Positions 26,600 to 39,049 of a DNA stretch of 64,000 nt are shown here, piece by piece. The position numbers and the translations under genes are program-made. Position 1 is the stretch's first letter; each line of letters starts with the position of its first letter. Below the pieces are notes generated by a model, which saw only the letters and a list, made by a program, of their open reading frames with translations, made no database searches and was not told the DNA's origin. The DNA comes from Lama glama (Eukaryota), in assembly GCA_028534125.1 (NCBI GenBank), contig CM052816.1:54128001-54192000 (forward strand), given 5' to 3'.

Positions 26600-27180
26600 G
26601 CAGACTGTGCAGAGCAGGCAGGATTGATGAGACAGGGAAGGGCTTTCTGCAAAGAGCTGGATGAGGTTGGGGAGTGAACTCTGGCACCGCTTAGGGGAAA
26701 GAAAGCATGGCAGGCAGAAAGAAAAGCCAATGCAAAGGCCCTGAGGTGGGTGACTGGGATGCTGAGCATCAGAGCAGGGGCAGTGTGTATGGAGGGACCT
26801 GAAAGAGGGGAGAGGCTTTGGAGATGTAAGGGACCAGGGGCCTGTGGTCCTTGTAAGTCGTGGCAGGGGGTTGGAGTTGGTGGTGTGTGACCGGGAGACA
26901 TTAGGGGCTTTGAGCAGAGTGACATCATCAGCCTTCCTTCCCGCTCTCTGCGGGGAGTAGCCTGAAGGGAAGCCAGGGCAGAGGAAAGGAGAGGAGGAAG
27001 GAAGCTATCAAGGTGCATGGTGCTGTCTTGGACCTAATGGTGGTGACAGTGGTGAGAAATGGGCAGATTTGGGGATATATGTTGAAAGAAGAGCTGGGGT
27101 TTGTGCTGCACTGGATGATTTGAGAATGATTTCAATTCTTTTGGCTTGAGCAACTGGGTGAATATCTAGTGAGTATGTAC
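26600..27180 (-). mobile_element. L2 LINE fragment
   Basis: aatgcaaaggccctgaggtggg...ggggctttgagcagagtgacatca...ggtgagaaatgggcagatttggggatatatgttgaaag...ttttggcttgagcaactgggtga. Confidence 0.65.
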
Positions 27181-27605
27181 TGAATTCTGGGCACAAATCA
27201 GACATGGCCCCGCCCTCTTGGAGCACACTGTGCAGTGGGAGAGATAGCAATGTACTTAACAAGCATGTACTTAACAAATTCAGTAATGACACTGGGGAGA
27301 GCTACAAGGCTTTAACATGGTGCTGGGATGGAAGGTAACCACAGGGAGGAAAGGGCCAATCTAGAGGGTTAAGGAAGACCTTGCCTGGGAGGTGAGATTT
27401 AAACTGTGATCTGAAAACTGAAAAGCTAGTGATATAAAGAATTGGGGAGGAGCAATTCAGGGCAAAGGGAACAGCATGTGTAAAGGTCTTGAATTAGAGG
27501 GAAAATTGTTTCATAAATTTTCAGAAGGCCAAGAGGCTGGTATGTGAGTACTAAGGGCAAGTAGAGAGATGGGCAGTAATTTTACCGCCTAGGATGGGGA
27601 GGAAT

Positions 27606-27610
<5 letters not shown>

Positions 27611-27642
<32 letters not shown>
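27611..27642. repeat. (TG)16 microsatellite
   Basis: Directly visible. Confidence 0.97.
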
Positions 27643-27645
<3 letters not shown>

Positions 27646-27849
27646 ATTTCTGAAAAGCAATGGGGATTAAAGCTTTGTGACTTGATAACACCTGGCCTCA
27701 GAATTCTGGAAACAAAGGAAGCAGACATGATTTTCTGCCAAGACGTGGCCTAAACAGTTTTGGTGCTGGTTACTGCATTATTCCATCACCACCCTCCTTT
27801 GTTTTCCGTAGAAGGAAAGTTAAGTCCTCAATTCTTTTTCTCTCTCTCT

Positions 27850-28172
27850 CTTTTTTTTAATTGAACTATAGTTGATTTACAATATTGTGTTAGTTTCAGG
27901 TGTACAGCAAAGTGATTCGGTTATGCAGATATATATGTATACAACTATATTCTTTTTAAAAAATTATTTTCCATAAGTTTATTACAAGAATAGTGAATAT
28001 AGTTCCCTGCACTGTACAGCAAATTTTTGTTGTTTGTCCGTTTTATGTATGGTAGTGTGCAGCTCTTAATCCCATACTCTCAGTTTATCCCTCCCCCATC
28101 TTCCCCCTTTGGAAACCATAAGTTTGTTCTCCATGTCTGTGAGTCTGTTTTTGTTTTGTAAATAAGTTCATT
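27850..28172 (-). mobile_element. L1 3' end fragment
   Basis: Same 3' UTR motifs as the 9.7-kb and 24.6-kb copies (tttttaattgaactatagttgatttacaatattgtgttagtttcagg...gtctgtgagtctgtttttgttttgtaaataagttcatt). Confidence 0.85.
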
Positions 28173-29729
28173 GGTACTATCCAATCTTTTCTTAAGATGA
28201 ACACCTCTCCCTTTCTCCAGATCCTCTGGCGCCCCAGGAGGACAGAGACGTTGCAGGACTTTGACACCCCGTATCACGTGGTGTCCTGGGACCCCCTTTC
28301 ATGGCAACTTTTCTCAGCTGCAGGTTAGCTCATTTTGCATCCTCTCCTCATGTGAAGGAGCAAAATTTGGTACTTTTGCATTGGTGAGAAAGAACAGGGG
28401 CAACAAAATATTAAAATGAAGGGTTCCCAACCTCATGCTGAGGACATGGGGGTGTGCAGTGGTCTGAGTGCCCACGCACAATGCTGTGTGGGGCGGCCTC
28501 CACCGTGTGTCACTATCACTAGCATGGCTCCAAATTTCAGAAGGGGAAAAAGAGCAACTTAATGATGCGCTGATGAGCTGATCAATACTCTCAATTTACG
28601 TGTTTAGCTCCAGGGCCCAAACTGAAAATAGGGCTGCGAGAATCTCCAAGGGCTGCTGTGGGGCACGTCCCTGTCCCCTGAGGAGCTGCCGCTTCTTGAC
28701 AAGAAGGCTTGGGGCGCCCGCCTGGGGCAGTGGAGTGCTCCCACTGCTTGGGCACTCACAGACCTGCTGGGATTGCTGTAAGTGCCCCTGGCATCGGGCC
28801 TGGTTAGGCCTTTACCCCTCGTGGACACCCCAAACCTCCACCGTGGATTAGAAAAGGGCTCCCAGGCCCAATCCTGTTGTTTCCAGAGTCACTGTGGTCA
28901 GTAACTCAACTTCTCAGCAAGAACACAGGAGATGGGAATGAAAAGGGAAGATAGCAAACATAGCAGTAGTATCACTGAGTTTACCTTCCTATATGTGTTC
29001 TATGTTAACCCCTTAAGTCTCAACCTCATGAGATGGGTGGGTCCTGTGATTGCCCCCATTTTACAGATCATCTGGGGAAGCTCTGTAAGTAGGGATTCTT
29101 TTAATGAGAGTCTACACTTAATGCTTGGTGGAAATTTCTTCCCGATCCTAGAGGCTTCTATGAAATGAATCAGGGTTCATCCAGGAGACCTGAGCCCCAG
29201 CTCTAATTCTTCACTAGCCACTGTGAGACCTTGGTTCCTCTGGATCTCCATTTCTCCTCTTTAAACACAGAAATGTTAGGCACCAATCCCTAAGAACTCT
29301 TCTGGTTCCGAGGGTGTAGGACCCTTCGCGCAGCATCCTCTACTTGGTCTACATCAAATTTCACTCCAGTCCCCTGTCCAAACACTGAGTCCCTCACCAC
29401 TAAGGAATTACATGGTAGTGCCTGCCCTGGGCTCACTTTCCAGGGCTTAAACCTGAGCTCGGAGCTGGAGAGAGAGAGCCCAACTTCATCTGCAATGGCT
29501 TCACTGGGCTCTTCAACCACAGGGCCATTGTGACATTGTGACACCTTACTATTAGTCTCGTTCTGGACGGCTCTACACGGAGCTGGCCAGGCTAACCCCT
29601 CCCTGAATGGGGGGCATGAATTCCAGTAGTACTGAACTCTCCTCCACAATCCAGATTGCTTCATAAGGGTACTTTGAATTGTGAAATCTGATTCCCAAAT
29701 GCTATTGAACATCTACGCCATTTACTCGT

Positions 29730-30190
29730 TCTTTTCATTCATCCATTCAAAACTTTTTTCAACATTATTATGTATAGGGCCCTGGACAGGGCTCTGGGGA
29801 TTCTGTAGAGATAGGTAAGACACTCTAGGATAGGTAAGAAGACAAAGTTTCAGTCCTCACTGTGCTGATATTCTAGTCAGGAAAGAGGCAATAAACAAAT
29901 AAGCATGTAGCACCGTTTCAGGTAGTGATGAGTGCTATGCTGAAAAAAATAAAGTAGGGTAAGAGATGAAGGATAAAGAATGATGGATATTTTGATCTTT
30001 GGAGGGGGCTTTTTCAGGACTAGGGAGGAGATTCAGGGAAGACCACTCTGTAGAGATAACATTTGAACAGACACTAGTGAAGAGAGAGATCTCACCAGTG
30101 GAGGTCCAGAGAAGTGCATTTTCAGAAGAAGGAACAAGCAAGGTATGATGGCCCTGAGATGGGAATGAGGATGATCAACTCGAGGAACCA
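29730..30190 (-). mobile_element. L2 LINE 3' fragment
   Basis: ttcattcatccattcaa tail, then ...tgatgagtgctatgctgaaaaaaataaagtaggg...gagataacatttgaacagacac. Confidence 0.6.
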
Positions 30191-30894
30191 GAGGCTATGT
30201 GTGTGCCTGTGGGCAGAGGCCTTCCGTCTGAGGGATGAGGCCCCACCTTCCTAATCTGACTGATCACAGGTTGGAAATCAGAATTGTGAGCCTCAGGGAA
30301 GGAATCTCACATATAGTGACTTTAAAGATGACAAAACATGGCAAGACAAGCTTACCCCTACCTTAGCAGGACCTGGAGCAAGAGCACAAAAGAGAAGACC
30401 AAATACTGTATGTCTAATAATTTAAAGTTATAAATTGACCTAACAAACTGTTGCATGAAATATGTTCTATCTTCTTAGCTTGACAAATATATCTTCATAA
30501 TAAGTTAGAAGTTCCAGTTTATAATTTTTGGAGTCCTAGCCCCCAAGCTCTGGGCTGGCCCTTTCCTGCCCACCAGCTGCACTCAGGGCAGCAAGGAGCC
30601 TCCCGCATGCACAAGTGGTCACCCTCACTGCCTTGTCCAAGCTCAGCTAGCATCCCATCACAATCAGCCGCCCCTCAGGCCCCAGGATGAGCATACTGCA
30701 GGTGGACTGGTCTGGGGAGAGGCCCACACAAGCCCTGAAAGCAGGAGTAGGATGGTTGGGCAAGGAATTTTAGAGTTCTGGGTGGTCTGCAGTAGTAGAG
30801 CAGGCTCTGGGTGGGCTGTGGCTGGAGAGGGCCCAAGGGGGCCTTCTAAAGCCAAGGTTAAGGGCAGGGGACACCTGCTTGACCAGGTATAAGG

Positions 30895-31335
30895 GTGATG
30901 CTGTAGGTAATTCCTGAATGATTAATGTCAAAATAAGCATCCTTTGTGCAGTTGTTACCTGGAGCCTAAGTGTCTGATATAAAGACACTGTTCCCCACCC
31001 TTCCTTGTAGCGAGGTGCGACCATTTGACCAAAATTGGCTTGTTCTTCCAAAGAAAGAAAGTTACTCTCCTCTTCCTCCTCCTCCCTTCCTGCTGGCTAG
31101 AATGTGACAGGTGGTGAACCATCCTGAACAGCATGGACTGGAGACAGCCTTGCAGGCAAAGCAAGACAGAGGGGACTGGGTCCCAGACACTATGGACCTA
31201 CCAGGACAGTCTTGGTTTTCTTACATATGGACTAATAAATGAGAGAGGAGTTAACTTCTGTCTTGTTTCAGCCACTGTTGGTTTTGTTGTTGTTGGTGGT
31301 GATCTCTTTTACAGCCGTTGAATCCTCATCCCAAT
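30895..31335 (+). mobile_element. Old MaLR (MLT1-like) LTR
   Basis: End motif gagagaggagttaacttctgtcttgtttcagccactgtt...ttttacagcc...aatcct. Confidence 0.5.
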
Positions 31336-31374
31336 AAAAAGAGTACTTTTACCAACTCTTGGAAGAAGCAAATT

Positions 31375-31575
31375 TCATACGTGTAAGTAGTCCTGTAGAA
31401 AGGACTTCTTTTTATTTGTCTTGAAGCCTTGGTTGTCTCCTAATCCATGTTTATTCTCTTGTAGTTCTTCCTGAACTGTATAGAGTTTGATCACATCACC
31501 CCTCAGCATGTGTCTTTCTAGTTGATGTTCCTTGAGTTTTAGTCTATCCTCATGGAGAATGCCTCTATATTTCAT
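31375..31575 (-). mobile_element. CR1/L3 LINE fossil (ORF2 C-terminus)
   Basis: Minus-strand translation ILHEDRLKLKEHQLERHMLRGDVIKLY...FKTNKKKSF resembles the CR1 motif [26 protein letters not shown]...FRTNKRKYFF. Confidence 0.6.
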
Positions 31576-32419
31576 AAAATTCTATGACTTCAATTTTATT
31601 ATCTGCTTTCAGTTAAGTGGTACCATGGGCTACTATTGTCTTTGGGCTGGGAACCTGGCCCAGAATTTATAAATGTTTACTGCATTGAATTAAACTTGAA
31701 TTGAACTTCAAAAAGCAGTTTCTCTTTAAAGAGACATGAACTAAGTTCACATTTCCAGACTGCAGAGCCCAGGCTTCCATGTGCCATCCCAGGTAGACAA
31801 CATGAAGCCATGAAAAAAATTAGGACTTGGAGAAAATTTCTGTACAGGGATATTTTCCATCTTCTGTCTCCATCCCACCTGTTTCCTGGCCAATTCCCAT
31901 ATGTCTCAGCTTTGACATCACTTCCCAGGCTCCTAGACCAAGTTGCTTTCTTCTATGTTAGTATCTCATAGCCTCTGGTACTTGCTCTTTATTATATACA
32001 TCCTGTTTGTATTTATTCCTCTGCTGTCTGTCGCTGTTGGTCAACTGTAAAGGCATGACTATACTCATTGTGTCCATAGGTCCCAGCCCAGTGCTTGGCT
32101 CCCAGCTGGTGCTCAGTAACAATTTGGTAAATGAATGAGTGAATGAACAAACAGCCAATGAATGAATAGACAAGCAATGAATAGCTTTATCCTGACTCTT
32201 CTCTCTCACATCCCATATCTACAAGCAAATCCTAGAAATCTAAAAAAGAAATATTTTTAGATTCCAACAACTTATTGTGTCCTCTTACTGCTCTCGTTCT
32301 GGTCCAAGCAACCATCATTTCTCCCTGGGATTATTGCATTAGGCTCCTAACTGGCCTCTCTGCTTCAACTTCCCTCCTCTACCTCCCCCAACGACACACA
32401 CCAATCTTTCAGTACCAAT

Positions 32420-32908
32420 TCAGGAGAAGTGTGGAGATGGGGGCCAAGTCCTAAGTGAGGGCCATGCTGAAGATAATAGTTATGTCCTTCCCAGAGCAGG
32501 AAATCCATAGAGCCTCCTTTTAATGTTTTAACTACTTCAGGTAAAGACTACAGTTCTTAGTCCCCATTGAGATAGATTCTGGTCAAAGCATTGTGAGAAG
32601 AAGTGATAGATGCATTTTTGGGCCATACCCTTAAAATAGAAAGGTGTGAACCTTCCTATTCATCTCCCTGTCCAGCTGTCTGAGATACAGAGGTGATGGC
32701 AGGAGCTGGAGCAGCCATCTTAGACCACAAGATGGAAGCCAAATGTTGAGGAAGACATCACCATTGTGTAAAGAGGGCTGGGTTCTCAACCTTTTGGAAC
32801 TGCTGTATCAGCTTTGGAGTGTGACAGAGAAATGAAATTCCATCTTGTCTAATCTACTCTAATTTGGGGTGGCTGTTACAGCAGCCCAATGTGTATCCTA
32901 ACTAATAC
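32420..32908 (+). mobile_element. Old MaLR (MLT1-like) LTR
   Basis: gtgatggcaggagctggagcagccatcttagaccacaagatggaagcc...gagaaatgaaattccatcttgtc...ctgttacagcagcccaatgtgtatcctaactaataca. Confidence 0.65.
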
Positions 32909-34686
32909 ACCTTCCTTTCCCTAATACATCTGTTTTATAAGAGTGGGGGAGAAAGAGGTACCAGGAAATTTATATGGAAAAGTCAATATCCTTCCTAATC
33001 GGTGACTTGGGGACCTTTCGAAAATTAAAGGAGAGGCAGAGAGTAAACCCTTGCTCTAAAGCAGCCAGGAAAGAACTATCTTCTGCCCAGAAAAGACTCT
33101 CTGGTTCCATATGTTAGCATCTTGGGAAAGCCTGGGAGGGTGGAGAAGGCAGCTCTACTGCTTGGTTTCAGGCCCTAATGTGTAAAATGCCTTTGGGGAG
33201 TGAATAAGAGAATTAGCTTAAGCTTTGGATTTGGGGGCTTTAGTCGGCTTAAGACGGACTTTTAATCATCCTTCACTCACTGTGGTCCCAGTGTGTGAAT
33301 TTTAATCACATTCACTTGCATCACCACCCAGGACAAGGTCTATGTATTGATGACTCACCATTGTGTGGGGCTGCTGTCCTCCCCAGCCAGGGTGCCAGCT
33401 ACCCAGGGCCTGCTTCTGGAGACAAGAGATGCCAGCTGACAAGGTAATCTTCCTGACAACTCTTTGCAACATGATAACATTGTGTATAGGTTTGGATTAA
33501 TATCAACTTACGTTTGGGTCAGATGGAAAATACAAGTTTGTTACAAATGAGTTAGACTGTATGCATCTGCTAACCAGTTGTCTTCTTGTAACTTACTGGT
33601 TTGGCAGTTCATTTTTGATTCTTGCCTTAGCTCCTCCCTAGGTTCAGATTTGTTGATAGAACCCCTCTGGATATTTGTATTATTTCTTCTCTGAAAGTCT
33701 AAATCACAAATATTAAAGGTTCACCTGGATTACACTCCTTCATAAACTTGGTCTGTGGAGGGTCCTGAACCCCCACCGGAAGTTGTTTGCAAATATATGC
33801 ATTTTAATGGGAGGAGGTCCAGTTTTCAACAGATTCTCAAAGGGATCTCTGACCACCTACCCCAGAAAAAAAATTTTTTTTAATGTGAGAGTTTCCATCA
33901 GAGCTAGTAAGGCTGCTTAGGAAAGCAGTAATTTTGGCCAGTAAGGATTTACCCCCAAATCCTCCTCTCCCAAGCCTCCCACTACCACCAGGCAGATATG
34001 GAAGGCTTTACCTAGACAATTTGCCTCTCCTTGTACTCTTCTTTAAAAATGGGAACATTCTATAAAGTATACTACATTAACTCCTAACATCTAAGAAATT
34101 TAATCTATTAAATTAGTTTCTTCCTCAGGATCCCAGGTACCTGGGTGGGAAAAGAATCTTGATTGAGAAAGTGGGAGGGAGGGTCAGCGCACACTGAAAG
34201 AGGCTACTTCTCGAGTTTGCCTCTGCCTCTCACAGGATGTAAAAGCCTGATGGCTGCAGGCCACCGTGGCTGAAAACAAGTCAATGCTGGATGTGCAGGA
34301 CTGTAAACTCCACCAGGCGGAGGATCTCTTCCTCTGTCTCCCTCTCACTCCCCAGGGCCCAACACAGAGCCTAGCACATTGTAGGCACTCAGCAAAATCT
34401 GGATGGATGAATAAGGAAAAGTGTGTCAGCTGCCTCATTAGTCACTCTGTCTGGATAATATGTTTCCTTTTTCAACTCGCAATGGTTCCAAATGATAAAA
34501 CTAAACCAAGGAGAAGATTAACAATCTAATTAGAAATAAATACTGAGGTATCACCACATCTGGATATTGGGAACGTTCAGGTGTACACAACTTGACGTAA
34601 GGAAGGAATTCAGAGGCTGTCCTAAACCTAGTAAACTGGAAAGGTCAGAGCCGACCATTTAAGAAATCTTTGGAATTATTTATTCA

Positions 34687-34690
<4 letters not shown>

Positions 34691-34720
<30 letters not shown>
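34691..34720. repeat. Poly-T (30 nt)
   Basis: Directly visible. Confidence 0.95.
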
Positions 34721-34723
<3 letters not shown>

Positions 34724-34859
34724 ATGAGCCGCTTAAAGCAGAGCTGTTGCCTTTTTAGTACTTTAGTAAAGTTTGGACAATGACGTGGAGAGATTGAGAA
34801 TCCCCAAGACCCTTCCTTGCCAGGATTCTAAGCCGGTGAAGACACAGCATTTGCTGTGT

Positions 34860-36360
34860 GCTGACGCGCCCTCGGTGATGCCCTCCTGCCCCAAGGCACC
34901 TGCTTAGGTGACGCTCTTGCGGGGTCGAACTCATGTCCACCCCAGAGGCTTCCACATGCGCCCGGGGTTCCCTGGACCACCCCACAGGCCCCTCCCTAGA
35001 CAGGGGCTCCTGCTCCGACCGGCTCCTCCAGTGACCGATGTCTCCGAAGTTGTTGGTGCAAACCGGGCGCCAGATGCCGAGCCGGCCAGACCGCTGGGGC
35101 CCCGGAGCAGCCGGCCGCCCCCTCGCCTCGCGCAGCCGCCTCTGTCCGCCCCGCCCGGCTCGACGGCGCGGCGGGCCCGAGGGAGGAGGCCGCGCGCCCG
35201 CGCAGCGCCCCCTGGGAGCCGGGCGGGACCGGCCCGGCTGCCCCTCCGGGACGGCGAGACGGCGGGACGGCGGCCGGGCGCGGCGGCGGCCACTTCGGGC
35301 GGGCGGGCCGGGCCTGCAGAAGAGTTGGGCTATTTTGTAACTGCACCATCCACCCAAGCCTCATTACCACCTCTTAATGAGACCCCTTTACTCCGTGACG
35401 TGCAACCGCTCCATCTCATTAAGGAAATCGCTCTTCAATGCTGATTATTTTATTTGCAGCCATAATTATATTTCTTTCGGCTAAATCACGGTTTAATCGA
35501 GCCCACATGGAGGGCAGCAGCACTAATTACGGCGGGGGATGCGGCGGCGGCGGCGGCGGGCGCGGGCCGGCTGGGGAGGGGGGCGGGCAGGGGGTGCCCG
35601 GGCGGCGGGCGCGGCCGGGGGCCTGCGGACGGGGAGGGGCGCGGGCGGGGGCGGGGGCCCGGGCTCAAACACAACAACTTATTACTTCTAATTCCCCAAC
35701 TGTCACCAAATCACCTGCACGAAACAAGAATCTAATTTGTTAAGCTGGCATGTCTGCAGATGGAAGATCGATCTTCTCTGTAGATTTCTCTAATTGAGTG
35801 AATATAGACGCCCGGAATTAGCCGCACTCGGGCCGCGGGGAGGGGGCAAGGGAAGGGGAGGGTAGAGAGGAAAGAGGGGGAGGGAGGGAGAAGAAAGAAG
35901 AGAGGAAGGGGGCAGAGAAAAGCGGAGAAAGGGGGAGAAAAAGTGCAAGAAAGAGGAGACTGAAGAACAGGCAAAGGGAGAGAACAAGGGGAAGGAGTGG
36001 GAAGAGGAAAAGACTAACAAGAAAGAATAATAAAGAGAAAGGAAGAAGAGAGAATAAAGGGAGGAGAAAAAAGAGGGTGAAAGGAAAGAGGAAAAGGGGA
36101 GCAAAAGGATGAGCAAGGGCAAGACGATAAGGGAAGGAGAAGATAGGGAAAGAGAAAATTCTACTTGAAGAAGGCTTACTCCCCATAGAATTATACCTCC
36201 CTCCCCCAAACCTTTACCCCCGCCTAAAGTGTAAAATAGCTGGAGAAGCCTAGCCCCGGCGTCAGTCACAAGCTGGGACTAGCTGCTTAAGAAAAGAAAA
36301 AGGTTGGGACGGTGGAGCTGGGCGGGGAGCGAGTGGGGAGGGGGCGGGCGCCGGCGTCTC
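34860..36360. promoter_or_regulatory. Upstream CpG island with embedded AT-rich, TAAT-rich blocks (candidate OTP enhancer or alternative promoter)
   Basis: Very high CpG and GC at 35060-35315 and 35530-35665; intervening blocks are rich in TAAT/ATTA; no recognisable repeats. Confidence 0.75.
35838..36158 (+). repeat. Approximately 320-bp purine-rich (GA) low-complexity tract
   Basis: Almost only A and G on the + strand. Confidence 0.9.
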
Positions 36361-39049
36361 CAAGAAATGGCTTACAGAATTACATTTGTTTTTCTTGTGA
36401 TTTTATTAAAAGTCACTCCTCATCTCCAGAATGCGTGAAAATATCTACTTTCCACTCAGATACACCGCATTAACTTGTTGGAGGCGAATTTGTTTGTTTG
36501 TCTATTTTATTTATTTGCTAGATAAGATTGATGCAGTCTTATTAGCGCTATATCTAGTTATAGAAAGAGATAAGGATGAGATGTTTTTCTTTTTATTCCA
36601 ATTACTAGCCTTGTCACCTAACTGAATAACTGATATATGATTATTTATCCAGAGTAAATAGAAATCAGAAAAGCAGCGAACTTAACACATACGAACAAAA
36701 TCTCTATGTCACTCATTATATTCCGTGTGGCTAATTGGGACCATTATAATTACAGGGCTAAAGGCAAAAAAAGAGGTACGGAGTCAGAGGGCGGGTACTG
36801 ATCCGTCATTGTTTTGTGCCGAGATTTCTGCGTTGAGGGCCGCGGATGCTAGTTGTTAGAAGGCAAAGATAGGTTTAAAAAAAAAAAAAAGCAAGGGACC
36901 GGCCCCAGCGCCCACGAAGAGTCATGCAGGTGGACTGCATGGTTGTAGCTTGCAAACTCAAATGGATGGGAAACTGTTTACTGCACTGGGGAAAAACAAA
37001 ATTGTGTTGAGCTTGTGTATCGCCACGGGCTTCCGGGAAGGGTAGGAAATCACACTCTTTTGGAGAGAGTTTTCCACTCCTCCGTCACCCTCGGCACAAT
37101 CTTGCAGCTGGAGTGAACCGGCCGTGCTCACACATTGCTCACACAGACACACAAGTACACATGTCATGCACACGCAGTCCCCGCTCCCTGCGCTTAAAAA
37201 ACAAAACAAAACAAAAAAACCGGGAGTGTGGGTCCTTGACTTTTAGCTCCCAGGCTAAGGAGCCACGGTCCCGTAGGCGAAGAGTCTATTAGGCCACGGA
37301 CTCCGCAGAGACATCACTGAATCACTGGCTGAGAGCGGCCCGATGTTCCTGCGCTCGAGACCCAGGGAGGCCTGGAGAATGTACATGGGGCTGGGCCCAT
37401 GCTTGTTTGGCTAGGAGTTAAAGGCTCTCACTCTACGCTGGAGAGCCGCGGTCCGAAGGCCAGCGAAGGGTGCTTTTGCGGCCGAGCAGGAGCACTCAGT
37501 CAAAACGTGTTCGGCTGTGGCCTCTTTTGCTGGGGATCACGAGTGTTCTTTTATGCAGGGAAGTGTGGAAGCTTCTGTCACCCCTTCCCAGAGACTTAGC
37601 TGCCCTCGCAGATCCTTTTCCTTCCACTCACCCCATTCTGAGTGAATCACCAACTGAGGCATACACCAAGCAGTCCCAAAATTTCGTGTAGCCAGAAGTG
37701 GACCACTGACCTCTAACCGAGACGGGGGTGGGGCGGTGAGGGTGGGGACTGGGGGAGCATCGGTTCTGGCACCTGGGGTTTTGAGAGCTGTGGGAGAAAA
37801 TGGTCACCATTGTTCCAAGTGCAGGGGACTTGGAAGTTTCCGGTTTTTTTCCTGGAGTATTTGCCCCGACCCTTTATTCTGTTAGAGGTTTTAAGGGAGG
37901 CCGGAGGAACTCGATCTGATTTGCCACTGCGTTTTGGTTATTGTATATCTGGAAAAGTAAACAGGAGTGTTCAAGTCATTTGATTTGTTTTCTGTAAGCA
38001 AATAATACCCAAAAGCATGGCTGTAATTTACCACGAATTAAAATTGATTCTTTTCATCAGGCAAGAAAATAGGAAAATGTGAGATCGTTAATTATTGAGG
38101 GAGGCGCTCCTCATTAAAGGGAACAATGTTACAATTCAGCATTTAATAGCAGGAATGTGAATAATAACGCGCCATATTCCAGCCCACTGTCTGCAAAGAA
38201 AAGAGAGCAGTTTACAAACAACCCAGGCAGCCGAAAGTTACATTTAATAAACATCCAAGGCTTCTGTAAGTGGAAAAAGCAATTAGGGCTCTGGGCACAC
38301 TACCCAATTCTTCAGGAGCATCTGGTATATATTTTTATTCTCTCGGTCTGTCTCTGTCTCTACAAAGAATTCGCAATGAACGCAGAAAAACAATTAGAGA
38401 GAAAATCAGAATTACAAACCTAATCAGCATAAATCCATCATTAAAGCACTTGCTTCCTGATCTCCTGCATCATCCCACCTCCCCATCCAGGTTCGCTTAT
38501 ATTTCTAAATCTTTCTCTGGACCAGGATGGCAAAGCAGGAGGAAGGCACAGGTTTTGTAGTTGCTGTGTTTGTAGTTTACATAATCAGCCTTCAAGATTT
38601 TGTTTTGTTTTGTTTTAATATTTATCTTTCAGAAAGCTGACTTTTCTGAAAATTACAAAGTTCTCTGGCTCAGTCTGGGCGCGCATCTCGGCAGGAGCGG
38701 GAGAGAGTTCCCTGGCCTTTAAATGCTCTTTGTGCTTTGTTAAAAAGAAGAAGGGGGAAAAAAGAGAAAGAAAAAAATGATTTCCCTGTGCATCGCCCCT
38801 TGGCAGGCTCTTGTACAAAATTCAATCTCTATTTTTTATGAGAAGTAAACTGTCTAAATAAATTTTATTAGGGGCAACCAATATATTTTCTGGTAGTTCC
38901 CTTTGTTCCACTTCTACGTGTGTGTAACAATCTAAAACCTATTTATTGAGGAAAAATCACTGGATCCGTCATAGAAAATCCTTTTACTTTGCTTTGAAGT
39001 GATTTCTGAAGACATTCTTGTCATTCCGAAGATTTGGGGGCCATTGCGC

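Noticed and set aside
34755..35743. Overlapping 100-200 aa R/G/P/A-rich ORFs on both strands
   Set aside because: Expected from stop-codon depletion in a CpG island; no domain-like sequence.
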